Below, piece by piece: positions 40,074 to 49,041 of a stretch of 64,000 nucleotides of DNA. The first letter of the stretch is position 1. Each line of letters starts with the position of its first letter. The notes under the pieces are model-generated. The model was not told the origin of the DNA. It was given only the letters and a program-made list of their open reading frames with translations, and searched no databases. Made by a program: the position numbers and the translations under genes. The DNA is from Candidatus Nomurabacteria bacterium (GTDB lineage Bacteria > Patescibacteriota > Patescibacteriia > HK-STAS-PATE-3). Location of the stretch: the NCBI GenBank assembly GCA_023898465.1, contig CP060223.1, forward strand, positions 1,018,587 through 1,082,586, written 5' to 3'.

Positions 40074-40646
40074 TTAGCTGCTTGGTGCTCGACCGACTTT
40101 CTCTATAACCATTCCGTAGTGATAGAGTCCGGCATCAAAAAATTCAAGCTCTCGGGCACCTAGCTTTTCAAGATAGGAACGGATTTGATCGGCCGGGACC
40201 AGCTCTTTCTCTGTTGGTCCAATAGTTGCTCGGCCAGTATTCCACTCAATCACTAAGGCCCGACCTCCACCCTTCAGAGTACGAAAAACTTCCTTGAGTA
40301 CTGCTTCAGGGTGAGAGCTTTGATAGAGAGCGTTGGCCACAATGCCAAAATCAACCGAGCCATCGTGGATCGCCTTCGCGGCTCCGAAGCGTTCTAGGTT
40401 AGACCAAACCGGGATGACATTCGTGTAGCCAGCCAGACGAACACGAGCCATAAGGGCTGAGAGCGAGGACTTTAAAATATCCACTGCATAGACCTTACCT
40501 TGATTCCCGGCAATTTTCGCAGCCTCCATAGTGAAGGGTCCTGTTCCGCCGCAGCCAAAATCAGCCACAGCCATACCAAACTCGAGTCCAGTGCTGCGAA
40601 GGATAAGTCCAGGTTTAAGTATTCCGGCTTCGGAACTCTGATCCAT
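40074..40646 (-). CDS. Class I SAM-dependent methyltransferase
   Basis: Motif I VADFGCGGTGPF; motif post-I AVDI. Confidence 0.7.
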   Translation of the reverse strand: MDQSSEAGILKPGLILRSTGLEFGMAVADFGCGGTGPFTMEAAKIAGNQGKVYAVDILKSSLSALMARVRLAGYTNVIPVWSNLERFGAAKAIHDGSVDFGIVANALYQSSHPEAVLKEVFRTLKGGGRALVIEWNTGRATIGPTEKELVPADQIRSYLEKLGARELEFFDAGLYHYGMVIEKVGRAPSS

Positions 40647-40704
40647 GAGAGAAATACTAGTAACAAGCTGTATTAGTATACCACAAAGTTCCCTCTAGCA
40701 GTAC

Positions 40705-41313
40705 TTAGGACTCGATATGAATGAAGCTTTTTCGATGAAATGGCGCGACACCGTGCTTTTGTATGGCATCGATATGTGCTGCGGTGCCATATCCTTTATG
40801 TTGGGCAAATCCATATACTGGCCATTTTTTGTCAGCCTGGCACAGGAGGTTGTCGCGATATACTTTGGCAATTATCGAAGCCGCAGCAATACTAAACACC
40901 TTGGCATCACCGTCGATAATTGCTTGATAGGGAATATCTACCTGCTGCACAGGGAAGGCGTCAGAAAGAATGTAATCAGGCTGCAGGCTTAAGCCTTGTA
41001 AGGCGAGGACAAAGGCTTGGCGGTTAGCATAGGCAATTCCTCGTTGATCAATGGCCCTATGACTCACCACCCCAACACTCCAGGCCTTTGCCTGGCTGGT
41101 AATCTCCTCATAGCGTTCCGCTCTGGCTTTTGGGCTGAGCACTTTTGAATCGTGAATTCCCTCAATATGTGTCCCGGGATGAAATATTACAGCCCCAGCC
41201 ACAATCGGGCCGGCCAGTGCTCCCCGGCCTGCTTCATCTAGTCCAACAATGGCTTGGTAACCTTGCTGCCAAAGCTTTTGCTCATGATCGCTTCGGAGGT
41301 ATTGTCTAGCCAT
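40705..41313 (-). CDS. rnhB: Ribonuclease HII
   Basis: GLDEAGRGALAGPIVAGAV, DSK, conserved catalytic DEDD. Confidence 0.95.
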   Translation of the reverse strand: MARQYLRSDHEQKLWQQGYQAIVGLDEAGRGALAGPIVAGAVIFHPGTHIEGIHDSKVLSPKARAERYEEITSQAKAWSVGVVSHRAIDQRGIAYANRQAFVLALQGLSLQPDYILSDAFPVQQVDIPYQAIIDGDAKVFSIAAASIIAKVYRDNLLCQADKKWPVYGFAQHKGYGTAAHIDAIQKHGVAPFHRKSFIHIES

Positions 41314-41743
41314 GGATGCCTAGAGTACGACGAGCTACCATAATGCAGGAACCATCAGCTACTCCGTCAAGATGCAGTTGCGTTATTTTTTGACGAATGC
41401 GTTCATCCTCAGCTCCGGGTTGGAACCAGACTTTGTCGATACCGAGCTCCTCTATCTCATCAAGTACCCGAAGTCCATCATCAGCCTTAATAACAAAAAC
41501 TACTACGTCAATCTTCCCTGGTATTTCCCGAAGTGAGGAGTAAATAGAGATGCCTTCTACTTCGCCTGCCTGAGGGTGTATGCCAAAAACCCGCAGACCA
41601 GCACTCTGGAGATCGAGTAAAACTTTGTGTCCGTACTTTTCCGGATTATATACTGAGCCTATGACTGCGTAGCGGAAATTTTTTTGCAGAAATCGAGAGA
41701 GATCCATGTCAATAGAGTAGCACCGTACGCAAGAAGCGCTCAA
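41306..41743 (-). CDS. CoA-binding domain protein (YccU-like)
   Basis: YAVIGSVYNPEKYGHKV...GL.V.GI.P...I.G...Y.SL.E.P..IDVVVFV. Confidence 0.7.
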   Translation of the reverse strand: MSASCVRCYSIDMDLSRFLQKNFRYAVIGSVYNPEKYGHKVLLDLQSAGLRVFGIHPQAGEVEGISIYSSLREIPGKIDVVVFVIKADDGLRVLDEIEELGIDKVWFQPGAEDERIRQKITQLHLDGVADGSCIMVARRTLGIHG

Positions 41744-41866
41744 CTGGTAAGCGCTTCAGTGCAGAACACGACAAGCATGAAGTGTTGATGACAGTGTAGT
41801 AAATTTTTAGTGCCCCGTCAAGCAAGTTTTTACTTTTTCCCGCTTCACCGACTATCTTTCTAGCAC

Positions 41867-43141
41867 TTAAGCGCCTTTGGCTTGGATTGCTTTTGCTACG
41901 CGCTCTACTGCAACCACATATGCACCAGTGCGTAGGTCTGTGGTATGTTTCTCTGCTGCATTCCACATTGAAGCAAAGGCCTCACGCATCTTATTATCAA
42001 GTTTTTGTAGCACTTCCTTGTCAGACCAGAGTACTCCCTGACGATTTTGCACCCATTCGAGATGGGATCCAGCCACTCCACCTGCATTGGCTAGGAAGTC
42101 GGGGATAACCGGTATCTTGCGCTTGAAAAAGTACTCATCAGCCTCGGGGGTAAGTGGCCCATTAGCCATTTCGAGTATTGCTTTGGCCTTCACCTTACGC
42201 ATATTTTCCTTGGTGATAGCATTTTCTAACGCTGCAGGGACGAGGAGGTCAACTGGAAGCTGGAGAAGTTTTTCATTTGTAATTGCAGTGTAATTTTCGC
42301 AGTCGCAAACTGAACCTACGCAGTAGCATCCGTGGATCATGCCGCGTTCTTTTTTCGATTTCATTACATTGCGAGGGTCCATTGACTTTCCGTTCTTCGC
42401 AAGAATACCACCCTGAGAGTCTGATAAGGCGATAACCTTGAACCCAGCATCATGAAGCATTTCTGCAATGAAATAGCCGACGTTGCCGAAGCCTTGCACG
42501 GCTACGGTTGTTTTGGCTGGTTTTAACTTCATTTTTTTCACCAGCTCCTCTACAACGATAAGGCCTCCTCGGGCAGTAGAGTATTCTCGGACTGGTATAC
42601 CACCTAACTCAACCGGCTTGCCAGTAAAGGTGGCTGGCTGCCAGGAGCCTACCATGCGGCTATATTCATCTACCATCCATCCCATAATCATGGGGTTGGT
42701 ACTGACGTCAGGCGCTGGGACGTCAATATCCGGTCCAATATTGCGATACATTTCACGCACCCATCCTCGGCTCAATCGTTCAAGCTCACCTTTTGATAGT
42801 TTTTTAGGATCAACAATCACGCCACCTTTACCACCGCCAAAAGGGATGTCTACAATGGCGCACTTCCAGGTCATCCAAGCAGCAAGCGCTTTTACCTCAT
42901 GGAGGTTTGTCTTTGGATGATAGCGAATACCACCCTTAAATGGTCCACGAGCATCATTATATTGCACGCGATAGCCAGTAAAGACTTGTCGTGATCCGTC
43001 ATCCATAAGTACCGGAATGGTGAATTCATGAATGTGACGAGGTTTTTTAAGTTCAGCAACAATGTGTGGAGCTAGCTGAAGCAAGCCTAGTGCTTTTTCG
43101 AGTTGCGATAAGGCGGACTGGAATGGATTAGCAGTAGCCAT
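41867..43141 (-). CDS. gdhA: NAD(P)-specific glutamate dehydrogenase
   Basis: GGIRYHP, IPFGGGKGG, GFGNVG Rossmann motif. Confidence 0.95.
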   Translation of the reverse strand: MATANPFQSALSQLEKALGLLQLAPHIVAELKKPRHIHEFTIPVLMDDGSRQVFTGYRVQYNDARGPFKGGIRYHPKTNLHEVKALAAWMTWKCAIVDIPFGGGKGGVIVDPKKLSKGELERLSRGWVREMYRNIGPDIDVPAPDVSTNPMIMGWMVDEYSRMVGSWQPATFTGKPVELGGIPVREYSTARGGLIVVEELVKKMKLKPAKTTVAVQGFGNVGYFIAEMLHDAGFKVIALSDSQGGILAKNGKSMDPRNVMKSKKERGMIHGCYCVGSVCDCENYTAITNEKLLQLPVDLLVPAALENAITKENMRKVKAKAILEMANGPLTPEADEYFFKRKIPVIPDFLANAGGVAGSHLEWVQNRQGVLWSDKEVLQKLDNKMREAFASMWNAAEKHTTDLRTGAYVVAVERVAKAIQAKGA

Positions 43142-43164
43142 AAATGTAGTATGAAGTTGTGTGT

Positions 43165-43491
43165 CTAACTAAGGGCGCTTTGCAGCTCTTCAGCCAGCTT
43201 TTCCTTACTTTGGACACCTACACCCTGCCAGACAATCTGGCCATTCTTGTAGAGTGCAACAGTAGGAATACTGAGTACATTGTACTTTTGCGCAGACATA
43301 GGGTTTTCATCAACCTCTAGTTTGCCAACCTTTACTTTGCCTTCAAACTCCTTGGCAATTTCCTCAATGATTGGACCTTGGATTCGGCATGGGCCACACC
43401 ATGGTGCCCAGAAGTCAACTAAAACTGGCATAGAGCTCTCTTGCTCTACTTCAGTTGCAAAATTTGCGTCGCTAAATGTGTGTTCGGCCAT
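43165..43491 (-). CDS. trxA: Thioredoxin
   Basis: VDFWAPWCGPCR active site. Confidence 0.95.
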   Translation of the reverse strand: MAEHTFSDANFATEVEQESSMPVLVDFWAPWCGPCRIQGPIIEEIAKEFEGKVKVGKLEVDENPMSAQKYNVLSIPTVALYKNGQIVWQGVGVQSKEKLAEELQSALS

Positions 43492-43627
43492 ACGTGTATT
43501 CTGTTAAGTATCTCGTGCTGGGTAAGTGTAACTGAAGCCACCGAGCTTGTCCAGCTATGCCAAGATAATCTAAGCAACATGGCGACAAGTAGTAATTACG
43601 CCGTACTCGATGATTGCTTCTTGCTGG

Positions 43628-44935
43628 CTATTTTCCCTGCTCGCCCTCGGATTTGTCACTTGCTCGCTCTTTCAATAGGGCGAAGACCTTCTGGTTGCGG
43701 AGGTGGTTTTTGAGAGAGTCCTTATATTCAGGAGTAGCGAGCTCTTGCTTCAAGATTCCTTGAGCCGAAGCTTGCTGGACGTGTTCTTCCAGCTCTTTTT
43801 GTAACTCCTCATCACTTATAGCGAGGTTTTCAACATCAGCGATGTGGCGCAGCAGGAGGGCGCTCTTAATGCGCTTCTCAGCTTGTGGGGCCATTTCTTT
43901 TCGCAGCTCTTCTTCACTCTGCTTAATATGTTGCAGGTAGTCTTCCCATTTGAGGCCGCGTCCTTCAATATCAGTTTTCATTTCGCGGATGATGCGATTG
44001 AGTTCTACGCCTCGGAGGATTTCAGGAATGGGGTCAAAGCTTGCTTTTTCAATCAGCTCTTCCATAAGTGCCACTTCAAATTCGTGCTCAATCTCACGCT
44101 TTTTTTCTTCGTGGAGATTTTCTTCAATCTTCTTTTTCACATCATCCATGTGAGCAAAGGCCCCAAGGGATTTTGCAAACTCATCATTCAATTCAGGTAA
44201 TTCAATTTGGAAGACCTGGTTTACCTTTGCTTGCACTTCAACGGTTTTTCCGGCAAAGCGTTTTTCTGAACTGTCTTTAGGGAAGGTGAGCGTAAATTCT
44301 TTTTCCTCATTTGCTTTCATGCCCACCAAATTGTCTTCAAAACCTGGGATTAAGGTTGACTCACCAAGCTTCACTGGGAAGTTTTGCGATTGGCCATTAT
44401 CAACCGGTACCTTATCCATAAAAATCTTGTAGTTGATAACGACGCGGTCACCCTTGGCAGCTGGTCGATCTACTGCACTTTCCTTTGCGCGCATTTCACG
44501 GAGACGCTCAATCGTTTTTTCAACCTCTTCTGGTTTTACTTCGAGCTTTTCTGGCCGTGCTTTCAAAGTTCCGTACTCCACCTTTGTTACCTTTGGCAAG
44601 AGTCCGACTTTGGCGGTATAGATGACATCATTATCTGGAGCGAGCTTCTCAATATTTACTTCAGGTGGTCCAACAGTAATAAGCTTGTGTTCATTGACCG
44701 CTTGAGTGAAGGTTTCTTGCACGATTTCCTCAGCCGCTTCTTCTAAAATAGCCCCATCACCGAGGCGCTGACGTAAAACAGCATACGGTGCCTTGCCTAC
44801 GCGAAAACCCTCAACTTTTACTTTTTGAGAAATGCGTTGGCTAGCTTTTTCGAGATAAGGTGGGAGGGCGAGGGCAGGAACAGTGACCTGGAGAGTTACG
44901 GTACCTTCCTCGTTGGAGACGATTTTGCTTTGCAT
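43628..44935 (-). CDS. tig: Trigger factor
   Basis: N-terminal ribosome-binding domain, FKBP-type PPIase middle domain, C-terminal arm; probable start MQSKIV. Confidence 0.9.
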   Translation of the reverse strand: MQSKIVSNEEGTVTLQVTVPALALPPYLEKASQRISQKVKVEGFRVGKAPYAVLRQRLGDGAILEEAAEEIVQETFTQAVNEHKLITVGPPEVNIEKLAPDNDVIYTAKVGLLPKVTKVEYGTLKARPEKLEVKPEEVEKTIERLREMRAKESAVDRPAAKGDRVVINYKIFMDKVPVDNGQSQNFPVKLGESTLIPGFEDNLVGMKANEEKEFTLTFPKDSSEKRFAGKTVEVQAKVNQVFQIELPELNDEFAKSLGAFAHMDDVKKKIEENLHEEKKREIEHEFEVALMEELIEKASFDPIPEILRGVELNRIIREMKTDIEGRGLKWEDYLQHIKQSEEELRKEMAPQAEKRIKSALLLRHIADVENLAISDEELQKELEEHVQQASAQGILKQELATPEYKDSLKNHLRNQKVFALLKERASDKSEGEQGK

Positions 44936-45202
44936 AATAGACGAAAATAACAAAAATTTGACTGCTTGAGCGGGGCTATAGTATCATGCTTCTTGCCCTT
45001 TTACAAGTGGCTAGTATCACGAAGTAGCACGAGTTCGGTGGAACGTTTGAGTGCTCGCCAACCACCCGTTTTAGGCGGGAACGGTGGTTACCACAGCTCT
45101 GTCATCTCAAGACAGGGAACGATGCGCGCGTGTTGTTTCCCTGGCTTGTCCAGGGATTTTTGTTTGGCCCATGACGCGTGCAAACGCATGGAGGTAGTGG
45201 AG

Positions 45203-45586
45203 ATGGCTATTCCATGTCCGCAGCGAGATGCGATTGAGTCTGCTCTTCATCAAGCAGGGTGGACTGGCGAGGAAGCGGCTGAGTTCGTTGTGCAGTCGGA
45301 GATCAGAACCGAAAGTGGCCCAGCATTCTTCCTTGGGGTGAGTGAAGGAACCGGAATGCGCGGTCGCTGGCGTGAAACCAATGTGGCTGTCTACGAGCTG
45401 AAGAAAGGGGCGCGCAAGACGGACCCGCTCAAAGGACAGCGGCATTGGATTGGCCGGAAGGTACATGCACCGGTCTTGATTCTGCATGGTGAGTCCAATG
45501 CCTGTCAGGCACTTCTGCTGACTCCTCCCGAGGAAGGTGTGACCTTCACCACCGCCTCGGAAGCTGACTACGCTGCTATCGCCTGA
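45203..45586 (+). CDS. Hypothetical protein (about 128 aa), GC-rich
   Basis: RBS GGAGG 8 nt upstream of ATG (MAIPCPQ...); terminator 45600-45640. The upstream part of the track ORF (44966-45202) more likely forms a structured leader or sRNA. Confidence 0.4.
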   Translation: MAIPCPQRDAIESALHQAGWTGEEAAEFVVQSEIRTESGPAFFLGVSEGTGMRGRWRETNVAVYELKKGARKTDPLKGQRHWIGRKVHAPVLILHGESNACQALLLTPPEEGVTFTTASEADYAAIA

Positions 45587-45692
45587 TCTGAGATGATCAC
45601 ACAGCAGCCTTGTTCTACGGAATGAGGCTGCTTTTCTTTAAACCCCTCCCAGCCTCCCCTTAGACTAGGGGAGGAGCTAGGCTTTGTCCTGC

Positions 45693-47156
45693 TTACTCCT
45701 TCGGTCGGTTATCGAGTATTCTTTTTTCCTTGAGCTCGGTTTCCATGCCGAGGCGCTGCAAGAGGTCGGTCAGCGGCACAATATCAGTTTGTACGGTGAG
45801 CATCATTTTATCGTGTAGCATTCGTTGAGTTTCGGCTTGGACAGTGTGAGCATCCATACCCGTCTTAGGAGTGAGGTGGACGATAATTTCATCCAGGCCA
45901 TGTGGGTCATCATTCTTTTTACGGAGTTCAACTTGCCATTCCTCAATGCCAGGATGGGCAGAGAGAAGCGGATAGAATTCATTCAAGTTAATCAGTTCAC
46001 CCTTCAACTTCGCCATATGAAATTCGCGCATTTCCGTGACACGCTGAATGTCAGGATAAATGAGCGGTACCGTCTTCCCGCAGTGTGGGCAGGGTTCATT
46101 GGTCATCCCGCGAACCATATCGCCGGTTCGGTAGCGAACGACCATGGAGCCGCGCCAGTTCAAAGCCGTGTAGACAAGCTCGCCAGCCTCACCCTCTTTG
46201 ACGCGCTGCCCCTCAGGGTCAACCACTTCGAAGAATTCGAGATCCGGGTAGGTGTGATAGCCGCTATGTTCATCACACTGAATCCAAGCGGTTTTTCCCT
46301 CGGTCATAGCATAGGTAACGAGCAGCTTCACGTTCTCTGACTTAAGCTCTTTGAGGAGCGCCTTTACCTTCGTACGGAATCCATCATTCACCCGGTCACC
46401 GCCGAAGATAATATGCTGCAGGTTTGAAAAGTCACGCTGCTGCTTCACTGCTTCGCGCAAGAGATGATAAGCATAGCCAGGAATAAAGGCAGCTAATCCA
46501 GCCTTCATTCTTTCCAGAGCGTCAATAATTTTTTGCGTGCCCATAATCTTGCCACCGCCGGTCTGCAGGCTGGTCATACCAATGGTAGTCATGGCGTGAT
46601 AGGTGAGCCAGAAAGCCAAGTGCGGGGAATAAGGAAAGCCGTTGATGCCCACCACACTAGGATCAACTCCAGTTACTTCCAGGAGTCGCTTCCCGGTTTC
46701 TTTTAACATCTGCATGTCGCGGGCAGAATAACCAAAAGCAGTTGGTAAGGCTGAGCGACCGGTGGTGAAATGGAGATGAATCGGTTTATATTCCCACTCA
46801 AGCAGTGGCTTCGGATCTTTACGCTGCAACTTCATAGAGGCTAATTTGAGCAACGTGCTCTTAGAAGCATATTTCTTTAAGAGTTCTTCATCCGGCTGCA
46901 GCATGAAGGTTTTTGGTTTGCCTGGTTCTGCTTCAGTAGGGGCGACGTCTGATTTCGCGATAAAGGGAATCTTCACCAAATCATCTGTAGTGCGGAAGTC
47001 GCTGAAGCTTAAATTACGGTCAGCAAAAAGCTTCCGATAGTGCGGACTATAAGGGAGCTGATGTCGGACCATTGCCTGAAAAAGACGGTTTTGCATGTCT
47101 GCCCGCTCCTCCGGCGAGAGATGTGCAACCCGTTGCCAATCATGGGTGAGTTGCAT
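45693..47156 (-). CDS. Phenylacetate-CoA ligase (PaaK)/coenzyme-F390-synthetase-like adenylate-forming enzyme
   Basis: N-terminal H...LPYS..Y...F.....DL.KIPF..K.DV; C-terminal GELVYTALNWRGSMVVRYRTGD (PaaK-type RYRTxD). Confidence 0.7.
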   Translation of the reverse strand: MQLTHDWQRVAHLSPEERADMQNRLFQAMVRHQLPYSPHYRKLFADRNLSFSDFRTTDDLVKIPFIAKSDVAPTEAEPGKPKTFMLQPDEELLKKYASKSTLLKLASMKLQRKDPKPLLEWEYKPIHLHFTTGRSALPTAFGYSARDMQMLKETGKRLLEVTGVDPSVVGINGFPYSPHLAFWLTYHAMTTIGMTSLQTGGGKIMGTQKIIDALERMKAGLAAFIPGYAYHLLREAVKQQRDFSNLQHIIFGGDRVNDGFRTKVKALLKELKSENVKLLVTYAMTEGKTAWIQCDEHSGYHTYPDLEFFEVVDPEGQRVKEGEAGELVYTALNWRGSMVVRYRTGDMVRGMTNEPCPHCGKTVPLIYPDIQRVTEMREFHMAKLKGELINLNEFYPLLSAHPGIEEWQVELRKKNDDPHGLDEIIVHLTPKTGMDAHTVQAETQRMLHDKMMLTVQTDIVPLTDLLQRLGMETELKEKRILDNRPKE

Positions 47157-47772
47157 AGTCTGGTATTTCCTTATTACTGAGCTGAGCTAAGCGCTCCATC
47201 AGCGCTCGGGTGTGCTTCTGAAGTATAGCATAGCTTATTTCTTCATCCTTCATTGTGGGAATCCGCAGAGGCTCCCCGATATGCACCTCAGTATTTCGAA
47301 GAATAGATGGGAGCTGCCAGAGGGCAGAGACGAAACTGGCATGAGATTTGCCTCGGATGCCCATGGGGAGGACAGGCAATCCTGTTCGCATGGCCATGCG
47401 CACGCAGCCGGTTTTTCCAGGCAACAAGCGTGGCGAGGGATTTCTTTTTCCCTCAGGGAAAAATCCAATCACCCCGTTTTGCGTTAAGTGTTTTTCCGCT
47501 TCATGCATGGCGCCGTTTCGATTCTCAGGATCAATGGGGATAGTATAGGAGCCAAGCATTTGATATGACTTCACTCGAGCAACATAGCGGATGGGCACAT
47601 AAGGAATTTTTTTATCAAGTGCGACTAAAAGCATGATACCGTCCAGCCAGTCGATGTGATTTGCGGCTACGATGAAAGGTTGCTGCAGCGGCACGTGCTC
47701 AAGTCCCTCAACATGAGTAAGTCGCTTGGTGCAGTAAGCTTCAAATGGCGACCAAAATCGACGACGCATCAT
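47140..47772 (-). CDS. Lysophospholipid/1-acylglycerol-3-phosphate acyltransferase family (PlsC-like), paralog 3
   Basis: AANHIDWLDG (HX4D), FFPEGKRN. Confidence 0.8.
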   Translation of the reverse strand: MMRRRFWSPFEAYCTKRLTHVEGLEHVPLQQPFIVAANHIDWLDGIMLLVALDKKIPYVPIRYVARVKSYQMLGSYTIPIDPENRNGAMHEAEKHLTQNGVIGFFPEGKRNPSPRLLPGKTGCVRMAMRTGLPVLPMGIRGKSHASFVSALWQLPSILRNTEVHIGEPLRIPTMKDEEISYAILQKHTRALMERLAQLSNKEIPDYATHP

Positions 47773-48401
47773 TGACGTTGATATTCCTTGGCACTTAAGG
47801 CGGCGATTGCCCGCATGCATTCATCAGTCAGACGATGCAACTCTTCACGAGTAATGTTTTCCATCGAGGCAGTGAAGTGTATAGGCGCACCCAAGCGAAT
47901 ACGCAGAGGTGTTTTTTGTAGCACTTCCTTGAGCGCATCAGTAGCTCCACCTGGCCCGGCAAAAATACCAGCCGGCACGATAGGCGCACCGCTGCTCAAG
48001 GCCAGACGTGCTGCGCCAGTTTTCCCAGTTCGCAACTGCACTTCAGCATTTCGTTTACCCTCGGGGAAAATGCCAATAACACCACCCTGTTTCAATTGTT
48101 GCACGCAGGCTTCCAATACTGCGCCAGGTTTATCATCGAGCACAGGCAGCATGCCTAGGCTTTGGGCGCCGCGGGCACCGAGCATTTTCTTATACCGCTT
48201 CCATACCCAGGAGGTAGTTGGGAAGAGCGGTGTTTGTCCGGTGTGTTTTTGCACGACATAGGATAGGATGGGCGCGTCTAAGAAACCCTGGTGGTTTCCT
48301 GCGATGATGAAAGGCCCATGCGTGGGCAGCAACTCGATATTTTCGATGACGAGCTGCTTTTTCAGAGCTGCCCTGAGTAAGAAAGTGACAGGATTAGCCA
48401 T
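47769..48401 (-). CDS. PlsC-like acyltransferase, paralog 2
   Basis: AGNHQGFLDAPIL (HX4D), IFPEGKRN. Confidence 0.8.
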   Translation of the reverse strand: MANPVTFLLRAALKKQLVIENIELLPTHGPFIIAGNHQGFLDAPILSYVVQKHTGQTPLFPTTSWVWKRYKKMLGARGAQSLGMLPVLDDKPGAVLEACVQQLKQGGVIGIFPEGKRNAEVQLRTGKTGAARLALSSGAPIVPAGIFAGPGGATDALKEVLQKTPLRIRLGAPIHFTASMENITREELHRLTDECMRAIAALSAKEYQRQ

Positions 48402-49023
48402 AGTGTTGTTCGGGAGGATAAGGAATACCAGAGAGTCGACTGAGCTCCTCCATAATAGCATCTGCTTGGGCTGGGTAGGAACGTGGGTCTGTTTCCCTCG
48501 GAATAAGGATAGGCTTACCAATACGCAAGCGGACGCTCTCTGAGCCAATGAAGGCGTGCGCAAGCGGATGCATGCGACGAATGCCAATGGGGAGGATGGG
48601 CACCCCAGTATCCTGAGCTATGCGTAGGAGGCCAAGCTTGGGCTGTAGGAGATGTTGTGCATGAGAAACCTCTCCTTCAGGGAATATACCGATGCAGTCA
48701 CCGCGCTGGAGATAGGACTCAACATGTCGGAACCATGCATCATGATCATCCTCCCGAGTGGGTGTGGGTATTGCGTGCGTCCACCATTGCGAATAGCGAC
48801 CAAAGTAGCGCCAATATTTTTTATGTGGATCTACCAGGAAACGTATGAGACGTCCACTTGCCTCCACGATCGGTGCGCCGACAAAGAGTGGATCAAGTAA
48901 GCCCACATGGTTGGCGGCTACCAGGAAGGGCTGATCTTTTGGTACAAACTCAATACCCTCAACCGACTTGATGCCAAGCCGGATGAGGGGAAAGAGAGTT
49001 TTTCGAGCGACTGGGTAATGCAT
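48394..49023 (-). CDS. PlsC-like acyltransferase, paralog 1
   Basis: AANHVGLLDPLFV (HX4D), IFPEGEVS. Confidence 0.8.
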   Translation of the reverse strand: MHYPVARKTLFPLIRLGIKSVEGIEFVPKDQPFLVAANHVGLLDPLFVGAPIVEASGRLIRFLVDPHKKYWRYFGRYSQWWTHAIPTPTREDDHDAWFRHVESYLQRGDCIGIFPEGEVSHAQHLLQPKLGLLRIAQDTGVPILPIGIRRMHPLAHAFIGSESVRLRIGKPILIPRETDPRSYPAQADAIMEELSRLSGIPYPPEQHYG

Positions 49024-49041
49024 AGTCCCAGCCGATACTAT

